Positions 28,281 through 40,163 are shown, counted from the first letter of the whole stretch. The stretch: 63,618 nucleotides of DNA, filler included, from Octopus bimaculoides (GCF_001194135.2; 6 parts of 6 records of this genome joined end to end with filler, not necessarily neighbours in it); one strand, 5' to 3'. Program-made: numbers and translations. Notes: a model not told the origin generated them from the letters alone.

Positions 28281-29320
28281 TTCATGATTATTGTCCTAGA
28301 AACATGTCTTCGAAATTTGCTCCTAAGTTTTTCTTTCGCTTGGATACTTAAAACACGCATTATGTTGATATTGTTGCAACTTTCGTTAATAAGTCGACCA
28401 TCTGGTCGGATGCCAGATACTTTTGGTAGAATGTTGTTTTTAAAATCAAAGTTACATATTTAAAGAAATATCATAAGGTGGAAGAAGTTGGGTGATGACA
28501 GCTGTAAATACAACATCAACAAAACGGCTTCTTTCAGAAAAGTCAAAGTATTCCAAAGCAGTAACAGTCGTACCAAAACCTATACTAACACTACTATTAA
28601 CACTATTGCAATTACTTGGGTTAGCAGCAACAGTAGCAAGAAGTATAGTAATGACGAACAAAACAGTGAAATGTGCATTGAAATTAATAATACCAGTACT
28701 ACCGGCAACATTAACACCAAAACCATTATAAGCACCAACACTACAGTAACGAAACCATTTGCTAACGGATTTACTGGAGTATGTCTGGTGTTAGAGCTAA
28801 TTATTTTATCACTACGTGATCTGAACAACGAAATAAAATTATCAAAAGCAGAACAGATTCATTAACTATGTCAGGGCTTGCCCAGAAGGAAACCCACTAG
28901 AAAACAAAATTATATAATTGTACGGGATTAAATCTCAGACACGTGGGTGTTGGTATGATTACTAGAAAGCTATTTGTTGCAGCCCTTAAAATAGGTCGCT
29001 AGGAGTATATAGAGCCCTTGCTATATTGACATGTCTTCAGGTATATTTTATTGAAGCCAGGATGGAACAACCCGATATACGACATCTGAGATATTTCTAA
29101 TCTATATTGTAGGAGCGGATTGTATTTCTTTAAAAATATATATTTAACATAGTCTTCTCAAGCAACACAAACATCGATGAATGAGCTTATTGCTCCGTCC
29201 CAGTCATAAGTGTTCTCTGAATCCAAACATACAACATCATAAATACTTTTTTTATATACGAGAAGCTAAAAGAAGAAGAAGAAGAAGAAGAAGAAGAAGA
29301 AGAAGAAGAAGAAGAAGAAG

Positions 29321-29361
<41 letters not shown>

Positions 29362-29399
29362 CCTCCCAGTTCTGGGATATCAGGACCATACTAGACGCC

Positions 29400-29880
29400 A
29401 AAGAATTTATTTTGTCCGTCCAGCACCCCACAAGCAGGTTTGCACCAATTCTCTAATCAACCGAATCCACACGGCCCCATCATGTATCCAAGATGCCGGC
29501 CCATCTACCATCATCACTGAGTAGCAGATCCTTCCTAAGAAACACTAGACACCTTAAAAATCTGATCGCTCCGCATCTGTCGGGACGTAGATGACCTCTA
29601 CTCTGAAGTGATGGCCCTGAATATTGGTTACGTCCAGGAATATAGTTGGCATTTGCTGATCCAGGTTTTTCAGAAACAACATCGCGACACTGACGCTCTA
29701 CTAGCCGAATTGCGAGTGATAGGTTTCGTAGTTACCGAACATGGGTTTCAAGCTCGTACCTCGGAGATTCTGGTTTCTCTGATGGTTAATACATCTAAGT
29801 CTAGTAACCTGAGGTCGTTCTGTGGATGGTTTTACTTGAAAGACCTCCGCATGCATTCGAAGTATTCATTCACACTGCTA
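29400..29880 (-). mobile_element. L1/Tx1-type LINE APE endonuclease remnant
   Basis: NDLRLLDLDVLTIRETRI (cf. DVIxLQET) and FRVEVIYVPTDAERSDF. Frameshifted. Confidence 0.55.
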
Positions 29881-30560
29881 TTGTGCGCAAAGCCATCAAG
29901 ATGAAACTACGTATCTCCTTGTGGAATAGCAAGTGATCTGTCACTTCGGGTCACGTGTAGGAGTTTCCAAGAGTAAATTTTATATATATATTTTCTAGTT
30001 GTTCGACGAAAATCTCCCATTGCGATGGTAGTTATTCTTTCTCTTATGTTGTTTTTTAGGATTAGATTTATAGATGTGCTTGTGTTGGTATTTTAATTGT
30101 AGATACGATTTAGTCACCGTGTGAAATATTTGCACGTCGATGTATGTGATTCTTCAATTCTTTGTTCGTTATCCCTGGTATGCTTCTGTGCGGGTATTGT
30201 CCTCGTCATTGGTATGCTGGTAGAATGGGTTGTGTTTGTGTTTGTTGTGGTAATTGTAGGGTTGATGTATTCTATGTTGTTGGTGTTGTGGTGGCGGTGG
30301 AGTTGATTTTTATCAAAGAACATTTTTCTTTTTTCATCCTTTCTTTCCCATCACAAAGAGATATTTTTCTATCCATTTTTCATCTTTTTCTATTTTTGTC
30401 CGTTGCTAGTGATCGTGCTGCTGATGTTTTGTTGATGATGATGTATTATTTTTTAACAAACTCTCTTTCTAATCGCAACACCAGTGCCTGTTCTGGCACT
30501 GATTTTCTATACATCGCCTGCAGGGAGATGAATCACTGTTATCTCTAGCGGTCGAATGTC

Positions 30561-30605
30561 CATCATTGATGAGATCAAGGAAGGTCGAAATCACGTGATC
30601 TGGTG
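30561..30605 (+). ncRNA. Minimal type-I hammerhead ribozyme-like motif (C3U, palindromic stem III)
   Basis: CAUCA UUGAUGA GAUC aaggaa GGUC GAA AUCACGUGAU C UGGUG. Stem I is 5 bp, stem II 4 bp, stem III a perfect 10-nt palindrome; AUC cleavage triplet. Confidence 0.7.
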
Positions 30606-31718
30606 TCTCGGCGCTGGAGGTGGTGGGGATTTCTTTCCTCGTTAACGATATAAACAAACGTGTATTTTGCACCAAAAGCCTATATAAGAGTTTCTTTCAT
30701 ACTATCTACTGCAGTAACGTTTGTTCTAAAAGAACCTCCACGTTTAAGCGGAGCTGATTTCACCTTGTAAGGTTGTTACAGTTTTGTTAAGTGTTAATGC
30801 TGCTTTTGCTGTTGCTCCTCTTTTTGTGACTACTGCATCTGATTCTGCACTTGCTGTGCTTTCACGCTGCTGTCGTTGTTGTTGTTGTTGTTGCTGTTGT
30901 GGTGGTGGTAGTGGTGAGGGGGGTAGTTCTTTCTCAGGGTGTAGCGTTGGCAGAAATAGGGGCCTTCTTTCGTTTAACATGTACCGTGGGCAAATCCAAA
31001 TGAAAGTAGTTAATTGCACCATAAATGTGATACATTGGCCTTATGTCCTCAACCCTTACTTTCAAACTGATGCCATTTGGTCACTCAATTAAGTCAGAGA
31101 TGGTTCCAATATTCTTTTGATTTATTTGTCTTAATTGCTCCAAGCCTAGAGTGAACATTTCTCGCGGTGCATTTGGTGAATTTTCATGACTGCCCCATCT
31201 TCGAAACTTTTTAAGTTAAAAGTATCTAAAAATAAGTGCTTATTATTATGTATACCTGAAAATGTTGTAGGTATCTTTATATTATACAATCCGTATTTGC
31301 TTGGATAGCTATTTGTAGAATCTATGTCTTTTTATTTGATCGTTTGAATTTACAGAAATCCCTTTAGCATTTTCATGTGATGTATAGCATTATTTATTCA
31401 TCATTTTAATTTTGTTTTCATATACTTCTAATGCTATCTTCACTATCCACTAACTTAATATATTTTTATATTTGAATATTGTTTTATGTAAGTGACTCAA
31501 ATGTCAGTTTAGCTTTTAAATACTGCTTAATCCAAAGATATTTTGATATAAAAAGAAACTCCTATTTACTAGCACAATTCTAAAGAATAATAGCGCACCT
31601 CTACTCTAGTGTCTCAAAGTACGACATGTTCTTAATACACAATTTCCAATTGTTGCGTAGAAATTGACCAATCCAGTGGTAACCTTGATCACTGTCTCTT
31701 GGTTTTCTTTTTTTGTAG

Positions 31719-31756
31719 CAATGCTGGAGATCAAGTTTATAGACCTACCCTGACCG
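31719..31756 (+). CDS. Candidate 38-nt exon
   Basis: Strong ggttttctttttttgtag acceptor; only one frame is open (NAGDQVYRPTLT); CCG|gtattt donor. Confidence 0.25.
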
Positions 31757-32749
31757 GTATTTAATTTTCAAAGTGAAGAATAGGAAAGTTGTTAGAAATT
31801 CCTAAAGGTTTCCATTTTAGCAACTGAACAAAGTTATCCATCATGTATTAAAAATGTCTTACTTCCGAGGTCAGAAGAAAGGGACTGTTCTAATGGCCTT
31901 CGCAGGCCCTCCAAGTTAAATGGTATTGATGCTATTTAATACATCTTTTGAATCTTTATAAAGCCACTCTAGCGGGAACGACAAAAGCAAGAAGAAAATT
32001 CCAGACACTGACTTTCGAGAAAGGGAAAAAACTGGGCGCAATCTTTTTTGCTCAGTTGAACAATACGAAGTGGTGAGACGAATAGAGACAAGAAGAACGG
32101 AAATGCTCGAGATTTATGAACTTACTTTCTTCTCGGAGATTCATACAAGTACTATGGTCTTTGTAATAAAGCGATAAATACATTTGCAAGTATACCTTGC
32201 ACTTGTTTACAATTTCGAGTTTACTCCTTGCAGTGTTATTTTTTCCCCGCATTTCTTTTATATGATACCTTTCTTAATATTCTAGCTGATAGCTATCTTA
32301 CTGTATGATGTGCCCTGATTTTTAATTTCTGTTTACGTAGCTCTTCACAATAGAGTTACGCCAGAAGCAAATTGTACGTTCAGAGGCGTAACCGTTTTCA
32401 TAACAAATAACTAATGATTTGTCATGAAAGTATTGCTATAGATAACATTTTATTTTACTATTGTTATATTTTGTATTTCTGTTTCTCGTTCATTTTTATA
32501 TTTAGATGTTTTTGTAATCGATCCAAAAAAGGTATTGGGATATTTTCTTTTTTACCTTTAACATCTATAGTCATATGTATAAGTTTAGATATTCTTCTAC
32601 CAGAACCTGTAAATGATGGCCTCTTTCCCTTTAAATCATTGTGACTGTTGCGTATGTCCTTTTTTCAGTATGACTGTTATGGCTCATTTCAATAATTTTG
32701 TTTCTCTTTATGCTAACACTTAATTCTGGTGTGTGTGTGTGAGTGTTAA

Positions 32750-33095
32750 ACTGCAGTCATGCTTGAGCATCACCTCCAAGAATTTTAGTTCAACGAATCG
32801 ACACTAGTACTTACTTATTAAAACCTGGTATTTATTTTATCCGTCTCATTTACCGAACCACTAAGTTACGATGATATAAACACACCAACAGCGGTTGTCA
32901 AGTTGTCGTGGATGTTGCAAATACACACACATATGTATATATATGCAACGGGCTTCTTTTAGTTTCCGTCTGCCAAATCCACTTACAAGGTTTTCGTCAG
33001 CCCAAGGCAATAGTAAAAGACATTTTTACAAGGGATTGAAGCCAGATCCATGTATTGGAAAGCAAACTTCTTACAACACAGCCACACGCATCCGT
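32750..33095 (-). mobile_element. SINE, full length (major family)
   Basis: Tail GCAGTCATGCTTGAGCA...CTAAGTTACG, internal (CA)/(TA), head GCAAACTTCTTACAACACAGCCACACGC. Confidence 0.8.
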
Positions 33096-33599
33096 ATATT
33101 TATAGATGTGTGTGCGTGTGCGCGCGCGCGTGTGGAATGTTTTTAAAAGTGACACACGCGTTGATATGTATAAGGAAAATATGACAAGGTAGAAAATGCT
33201 AAAATAAGTTTGTCATGAAATAGAATTTGTAACGGTTAGTACCGATTTCTGACTCTTCGACTTTTTCAAATAAGAATAAAACAAAGGTGGATATTAATAA
33301 AGAAAAAAAAANNNNNNNNNNNNNNNNNNNNNNNNNNNNNNNNNNNNNNNNNNNNNNNNNNNNNNNNNNNNNNNNNNNNNNNNNNNNNNNNNNNNNNNNN
33401 NNNNNNNNNNNNNNNNNNNNNNNNNNNNNNNNNNNNNNNNNNNNNNNNNNNNNNNNNNNNNNNNNNNNNNNNNNNNNNNNNNNNNNNNNNNNNNNNNNNN
33501 NNNNNNNNNNNNNNNNNNNTTGCATTTAAATCTGGGATCAATGTACAGTCATCCTCTGGCGTAGACTGATTTTAGTTTTATCAATATATTGATCTTGAC

Positions 33600-34680
33600 A
33601 ACCTGATCAAGTTAACACAAATATCAGGTTTTTCGAAGCAACTCACTGCATCAGCAACTTTTTTAATGCCCCCTTAAAACCATTCTTCACGCATGTCAAA
33701 AGCTGCATAAGGGACGACCTAGATATGTTCAAACACCCTCTTGAAATTAAAAAAAAAACTGCTAGTATCCTTTGAAGTAGGCAACCTGTACGCTGATATC
33801 TCTCACAACACAGGGATGGAGGCAAATGAATTCTGGCAAGGGAATTACTCTAAAGAACTCCCATATCATATCACAAAAGAATTCGTAACAGAAGGGATAA
33901 AATTCATCTTGGAAAATAAGTTCCTTGTATTCAAGGACAACTTCTGTCGACAGTAAAACTGGGACTGCGATGAGTACGAGAATGGACCCCTCTTTTGCTA
34001 ATCTAATCGTAGGGTACATAAAAATCACTCTTTATCGTAAGGTGATAGACAAATACGGTAACCCATTCTCCCTTTACATAGAAAATAACTGGAAGAGATA
34101 TCTAGACGATTGCTTCATTCTTTGTCATGAAAGTATAGAGAGACTTAAAGAATTTCAAGCACGTCTAAATAGACTTGAGATAAACATTCAATTTACGATG
34201 GAACATAGCCTTCAACAACTTAAATTCCTCGACATCCTCATTAAGAAATCCAACAGCAAAATAAAAACAGACATATACTATATGACCACGGACTCCAAGC
34301 AATATCTACCGTTCAACTCATGCCACCCCAGACACAATAGAATGAATATCCCCTTCAGCCTGGCAAAAATGATTTGCACTATAGTATCTGATAGAAGCAC
34401 CAGAGACACACGACTTCATGATTTAAAGGATACACTCATCAGCAGGAATTACAAACCATCCCAAATAAATAAAGGTTTTAAACATGCCCTACAACTCAAC
34501 ATCCACGAACTCAAACATCCCAATCTAGAGAATGAATTACAACTAAAAGTCTTATTATACATGTCCACACACAACCCCCTAAACAATGAAGCCTTTGGCA
34601 CCATCTTCCAGAACAATCCTTCACTAAAAAGGGACCATAAAATCAATTAAATCCTCTAAACGCACACCATCATAAACATT
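33600..34680 (+). mobile_element. Penelope-like element RT pseudogene fragment
   Basis: KSCIRDDLDMF, LVSFEVGNLY, KTGTAMSTRMDPSFANL, WKRYLDDCF, LKFLDILI, TDIYYMTTDSKQYLPFNSCHP: PLE RT and thumb motifs with frameshifts. No GIY-YIG domain seen. Confidence 0.9.
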
Positions 34681-34789
34681 AAAAAACAGTTATGTGAAAA
34701 AGTTACCATAAGAGGGATTAATCAATGTAGTCAACAAACCCCAATATATAGCAGCTGACTACCTGTTAGGTTAAGAATTTATTAAGGAG

Positions 34790-35145
34790 AGTCAGTTCTT
34801 GAATGAAATAGAACTAAAAAGATATACAACCATCGCAATGACTGGAGCTGCCCTAATGCCCATAGCAATTCTGGATTTTTGTCGGTAGAAAGTATTGTCA
34901 AATATGAAGTGATTGTTTCGTAAGTTGAATTCAACCGATTTAGTAATGAATTATTTACTGATCCTGTTTGGAATTTCTTCCGGGAATTGGTCCAGCCAGA
35001 ACTGAATTGCCTCTAGTCCATAATTATGAGGTATACTGGTGTATAAATTAATCACATCAAATGAAACCATGATTGTTTCTTCCTTGACTTTCTTTGGGAG
35101 GTGATTTAACATATCCAAGTCATCTCTGATATAGCTATTGATGTG
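34790..35145 (-). mobile_element. Second, divergent PLE RT fragment in opposite orientation
   Basis: SYIRDDLDMLNHLP...MVSFDVINLYTSIPHNYGLEAI, then after a frameshift NNHFIFDNTFYRQKSRIAMGIRAAP. Confidence 0.85.
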
Positions 35146-35985
35146 TNNNNNNNNNNNNNNNNNNNNNNNNNNNNNNNNNNNNNNNNNNNNNNNNNNNNNN
35201 NNNNNNNNNNNNNNNNNNNNNNNNNNNNNNNNNNNNNNNNNNNNNNNNNNNNNNNNNNNNNNNNNNNNNNNNNNNNNNNNNNNNNNNNNNNNNNNNNNNN
35301 NNNNNNNNNNNNNNNNNNNNNNNNNNNNNNNNNNNNNNNNNNNNNNNNNNNNNNNNNNNNNNNNNNNNNNNNNNNNNNNNNNNNNNNNNNNNNNNNNNNN
35401 NNNNNNNNNNNNNNNNNNNNNNNNNNNNNNNNNNNNNNNNNNNNNNNNNNNNNNNNNNNNNNNNNNNNNNNNNNNNNNNNNNNNNNNNNNNNNNNNNNNN
35501 NNNNNNNNNNNNNNNNNNNNNNNNNNNNNNNNNNNNNNNNNNNNNNNNNNNNNNNNNNNNNNNNNNNNNNNNNNNNNNNNNNNNNNNNNNNNNNNNNNNN
35601 NNNNNNNNNNNNNNNNNNNNNNNNNNNNNNNNNNNNNNNNNNNNNNNNNNNNNNNNNNNNNNNNNNNNNNNNNNNNNNNNNNNNNNNNNNNNNNNNNNNN
35701 NNNNNNNNNNNNNNNNNNNNNNNNNNNNNNNNNNNNNNNNNNNNNNNNNNNNNNNNNNNNNNNNNNNNNNNNNNNNNNNNNNNNNNNNNNNNNNNNNNNN
35801 NNNNNNNNNNNNNNNNNNNNNNNNNNNNNNNNNNNNNNNNNNNNNNNNNNNNNNNNNNNNNNNNNNNNNNNNNNNNNNNNNNNNNNNNNNNNNNNATATA
35901 TTATATATATAATATATATATATAATTTAGAGAAAAGAACCAAAGTTCATGAACTCATTCATGAAAATCCACAGTCACATATAGA

Positions 35986-36118
35986 AAAATTTAATAAGTA
36001 AATACACTAAAAAGAACTATAATAAAATACAAAGTAATAATCAATTATTTTATTATTTTATGATTATTACTTTGTATTTTATTATAGTTCGCTTTAGTGT
36101 ATTTACTTATTAAATTTT
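35986..36118. repeat. AT-rich palindrome with 58-bp arms and 17-nt spacer
   Basis: 35986-36043 is the reverse complement of 36061-36118 with about 2 mismatches. Confidence 0.9.
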
Positions 36119-36770
36119 GTGAGAGGAACAAACGCACACACACATATATATGTGTGAGTGTCTACATATGTGTATATGCGTATGTACATGTGTATGCATA
36201 TACAACCTTCATAGGTATATGTATATGTATATATGTGTGTATATACAACCTTCAACAAAGTAACAGTCATGTATACAATTTGAACTGACACACATATCAG
36301 TACATAAACATACATTCACATGTACATATATATGTACACACACACACACAAACACGTCTACACACCTATTACTCACGTACATCCATAAGTGCATACGTGC
36401 ATACTCACATACATACATATATGCATATATACATACATGCGTAGAGGCATGCACATATTCATACACATGTACACAGATGCATACGCGCACACATGTACAC
36501 GCACATAGAGACATACATGCATACATACATACACACATACATACGTACATATATATCATGAACTAACTGTTACTTACTCAGTTGCAGCACAGCATTTTGT
36601 CAGTGAACAGGTCGAGGTCTCAAAGCGTGTACAAATAACGCAGAATAAATAAATAAATAAATAGTTACCAGAGTGGCAAAAAATTCACATAAATACCAAG
36701 GATGTTACAGCCTACTTAAAAGATAAAAAGTTCAGAGTTTAGTGAAATGTTTTTGATTAACAGATCAATA

Positions 36771-37168
36771 AAGAAATGGAGTTAAACGCAGATGTCATTC
36801 AAATCTTTAAATTTAAGATACATGTTTCGAAGAAGATATTGGAGGGAATAAAACATTAGAGGGAATAAAATATTATAATACAATGTGATCTTCTCATCAA
36901 GGAAAAATAGTCAAACAACATCAATAAGCCATTTTAACCGAATGTAACTACTGTGTATATGATGAAGGGAACGCTGGCAAGTTATTCCAAAAAATGACTT
37001 ACCAGGGTTCCCTTCATCATGTTTATGTTGTTTCTCTTTTTTCCCTGATGAGAGGATCGCATTGTCTAACATCATTTTATTCCCGCCGGAATAATACCAA
37101 TGTTTTCTTCGAAACATTTGTCGGAAGTATAAAGGTTTGAAGAACACCTGCGTTTTACTCCATTTTTT
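36771..37168. repeat. Degenerate ~400-bp fold-back palindrome centred near 36990
   Basis: Inner stem ATGATGAAGGGAAC/GTTCCCTTCATCAT with CTGGCAAGTTATT/AATGACTTACCAG. The outer arms 36771-36908 and 37037-37168 align as diverged reverse complements. Confidence 0.8.
37040..37127 (+). ncRNA. Type-I hammerhead-like motif with canonical core
   Basis: UUUCC CUGAUGA GAGGA...(long loop)...UCUUC GAAAC auuu GUC GGAAG. Stem I is UUUCC/GGAAG; GUC triplet. The mirror copy in the left arm is decayed. Confidence 0.5.
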
Positions 37169-37179
37169 ATATATACATA

Positions 37180-37905
37180 TAATGGACTAACCCGTCGGTT
37201 TCGACATATGAGACTCCAACAACGTACTCTTTCTTTGTCGGTTATAATTCTTGTGTCGAATTTGACATTCAAGTCCCAACAGCGATTTGCAAAGGTCACA
37301 AATGTTGCAAGTTTGAGGATTATATGTCAGTGTAGGTGGTATATTTGCAGCCACTTTTCTCCTGTAACTTTCACCCCGAAGCCTGCTAATGCTGGCTGCA
37401 ATAAAGTTTTTAATAACATTTTGACACAATAATCTCCATTTTTTTCGTACCGAGGCTGCTCACTCAAAGGTGTAGTGAGCTCTCTTCGTCACTAAGAGGT
37501 TACTCTTCAGCTTGCCCCCTTATCTGAGCCATGGTCGACGAACATTCCTTTGCCCTCTCTCAAGATGATTGTGCATGAGGACTTTGAGTATTCTTTCGTC
37601 ACTCGTTCTGATTGTATAAGGAAGCTCTCAATTCCACCACTCTTACATTTGCTAAACAAGTCGACATTCGAAACTTTGTCTTTTAGTGAATAGCAGTTGA
37701 TTGTCCTCAGACAGGTTTTGTGAAAGATGTCTAGTTGGTTAATGTGTTGTCTGTTGGGTATTTACGATTCTGAGCCATACAAAAGAGTAGTAAGAATAGC
37801 TGCTTAATAGACCTGTACTTTGGTGTCAAGTTTGATGCCCATTTTATTCCATAGTCGATGACGGAGTTTGTCAAATGCGTTAGTTGCTTTGGAAGACGGT
37901 TGACG
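37180..37905 (-). mobile_element. RTE (BovB-like) LINE 3' fragment
   Basis: SKATNAFDKLRHRLWNKMGIKLDTKVQVY*AAILTTLLYGSES, WRLLCQ, and a C-terminal CNICDLCKSLLGLECQIRH zinc-knuckle-like motif. Confidence 0.85.
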
Positions 37906-38121
37906 TTATCATAATCAATGGAACATGTAACCCAGTAAAACCTGTTACATGGTTATATATATNNNNNNNNNNNNNNNNNNNNNNNNNNNNNNNNNNNNNN
38001 NNNNNNNNNNNNNNNNNNNNNNNNNNNNNNNNNNNNNNNNNNNNNNNNNNNNNNNNNNNNNNNNNNNNNNNNNNNNNNNNNNNNNNNNNNNNNNNNNNNN
38101 NNNNNNNNNNNNNNNNNNNNN

Positions 38122-38420
38122 GAAGACCGGTGTGTAAACAACAAACAGATGCATTAGTTTAATGCTCGGGAATTGAGAAAGTCTTTTACGTTTCGAGCCT
38201 ACGCTCTTCGACAGAAAGGAACACAGAAATAAACAGGGAGAGAAAATAAAATAGGTTTAGTGGCAAACGATGAATCCAAACAAAGAAGAACAAACAAGAA
38301 AAAATAATAACGCGAGGACGTGGTACAAATAATGTATTATCAGACGCTCAGGAAATGAAGGAAAGAGGGTTTAACGTTTCCAGTTTTGCTCTTCTTCAGA
38401 AATAGAGGAAAGTCCATAGG
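38122..38420 (-). mobile_element. PLE-type terminal repeat with two tandem minimal hammerhead-like motifs
   Basis: Minus strand: UUU CUGAAGA A GAGC aaaa cug GAAAC GUU AAA (~38405-38368, decayed) and CUUU CUGUCGA A GAGC guag GCUC GAAAC GUA AAAG (~38217-38183), about 185 bp apart. Confidence 0.55.
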
Positions 38421-39058
38421 AAGGGAAGACGGAGGAAGAAAATCGCCAAATTTCACACGCGCGGAAGAGAAAGATACACATATGAGTATGCTAGATTATT
38501 TGTTATGTGAAAATGCAAAGGTTAGTTTGAATACCCGATTGTTATTTTGCTTTTAATAGTTATTTTGAATGACATTTTATTATCGGTGCAGAACATTTTG
38601 TTTGATTTAAATATTTACTTTTATATTATATTTTATTTTTTACTTTCTGTTATTTGTATAAGTTTTCTTATTGCTTATAAGAGATGAGTTCTTCATTGTA
38701 TCACAGTTCTTTGCATGGACGTGCAACATACTACAACTACTGAAATGGATTGCTGTAGAAATAAGTGAAATGGAGAATAAGAAACAAAGTACCTTTTGAC
38801 AACTCACCTGCGGAGTCATTTTGGCACTTTTGATGCACCACAATTTTTTTCTACAGCATCTCACCTGCAAGGTACCGCTACACAAAGGGTCGAAATGATC
38901 GTAGTAAATACAGAGTCGTGTGAGGCACAAAGGAATTGCTGAAGTTAATCCAGTGGCGTACACCTCCATATTACTCATGACATCAGGTTGTCGAAAACTA
39001 AGAACGGGCTTTAAATGGTATACTACTAGGTGCATACCCGAATATGAAATTATTACAA

Positions 39059-39103
<45 letters not shown>

Positions 39104-39599
39104 TAGATATTCAGCCTTACACCTCGCTTTCTCCTTCTCTCTCCCTTTATCACTCATCGTTCAGTTTGTGTGTATATATACATACACACATATATGTACA
39201 TATGTATGTATATATACATGTATGTGTGTACGGATGCATGGATGAATAGATATCTTTTTCCCTTGTCTCACGAGCTGGATCTGCCATTCTGTTCAAGTGT
39301 TTCCTCTAGTTCTTTAAATAAGACTTGCTGAGTCTCGTAAAAATTTTGCAAAAGAAACATTCGCCAAGGGATTTTGAAAGAAGTCACAGCACCGGCAGAA
39401 TCTCTTTTCAGACCCTTAAATTTAGAAAAAAGTCATACAGGGGACAATAAATCAACATCAATCCTGCCTCAGTTTGTTTTTATGTTGAGAAAAGCAAAAC
39501 AACTCATGACTAAATATTTTTCACAAAAACTAGAATCAAGCAGAAGGCAACTGAGAAAAATCTTTTCCTGACCAGGCTAAAATTTTCATATTCTTTATT

Positions 39600-39803
39600 G
39601 CCCACAAGGGTCTAAACAAGAACAGACAAACGGATCAAGTCGATTAAATCGACCCCAGTGCGTAACTGGTACTTATTTAATAGACCTCGCATGGATGAAA
39701 GGCTATGTTGACCTCGGCGGAATTTGAACTCAGAACGTAGCAGCAGACGAAATACCGCGAAGCATTTCGCCCAGCGTGTTAACGTTTGTGCCAGCTCGCC
39801 GCC
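39600..39803 (-). mobile_element. tRNA-derived SINE (GGCGGCGAGCTGG family), well preserved
   Basis: ATCGACCCCAGTGCGTAACTGGTACTTATTT...GACCTCGGCGGAATTTGAACTCAGAACG...CCAGCTCGCCGCC. Confidence 0.85.
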
Positions 39804-40163
39804 TAACTAAAATTTTCTGCCAATGAAACATATTCTTCATCCAAATAAGAACAGCATTTACTTCAATCAGCTTATTAAACTCTGTTCATTTACTCAGCTA
39901 ACAGATTATTCTTTTATTTTTTACAATGGTGGCAATTGGTTATACATTAGTTTGAAGTAGGCAGAATTAAAATCGTGGAAAGTTGAACGAGAGTCAAAAG
40001 CCTCTTTAAAATACTGCTGTATTTCCTTAAAGTAGCATTTTTCGGAATTAAATTCATAACTAAATTGGGCTCTATAACCTACAGTAAGAAAAAGTGTAAT
40101 AAATCTGTAATTACCTTATCTAAATCCAGCCCCCTATTAGGGAAAGTGTATGATTCTTTGTAG

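Noticed and set aside
37185-37230. GUC-GAAACCGACGGGUU resembling the 3718 motif
   Set aside because: The core and stem I are not recoverable, and it lies at the end of the RTE fragment.
38640-39098. 152-aa minus-strand ORF as a gene
   Set aside because: It starts in a (GT)n tract and has no recognisable domain; the segment is kept only as a possible short plus-strand exon.
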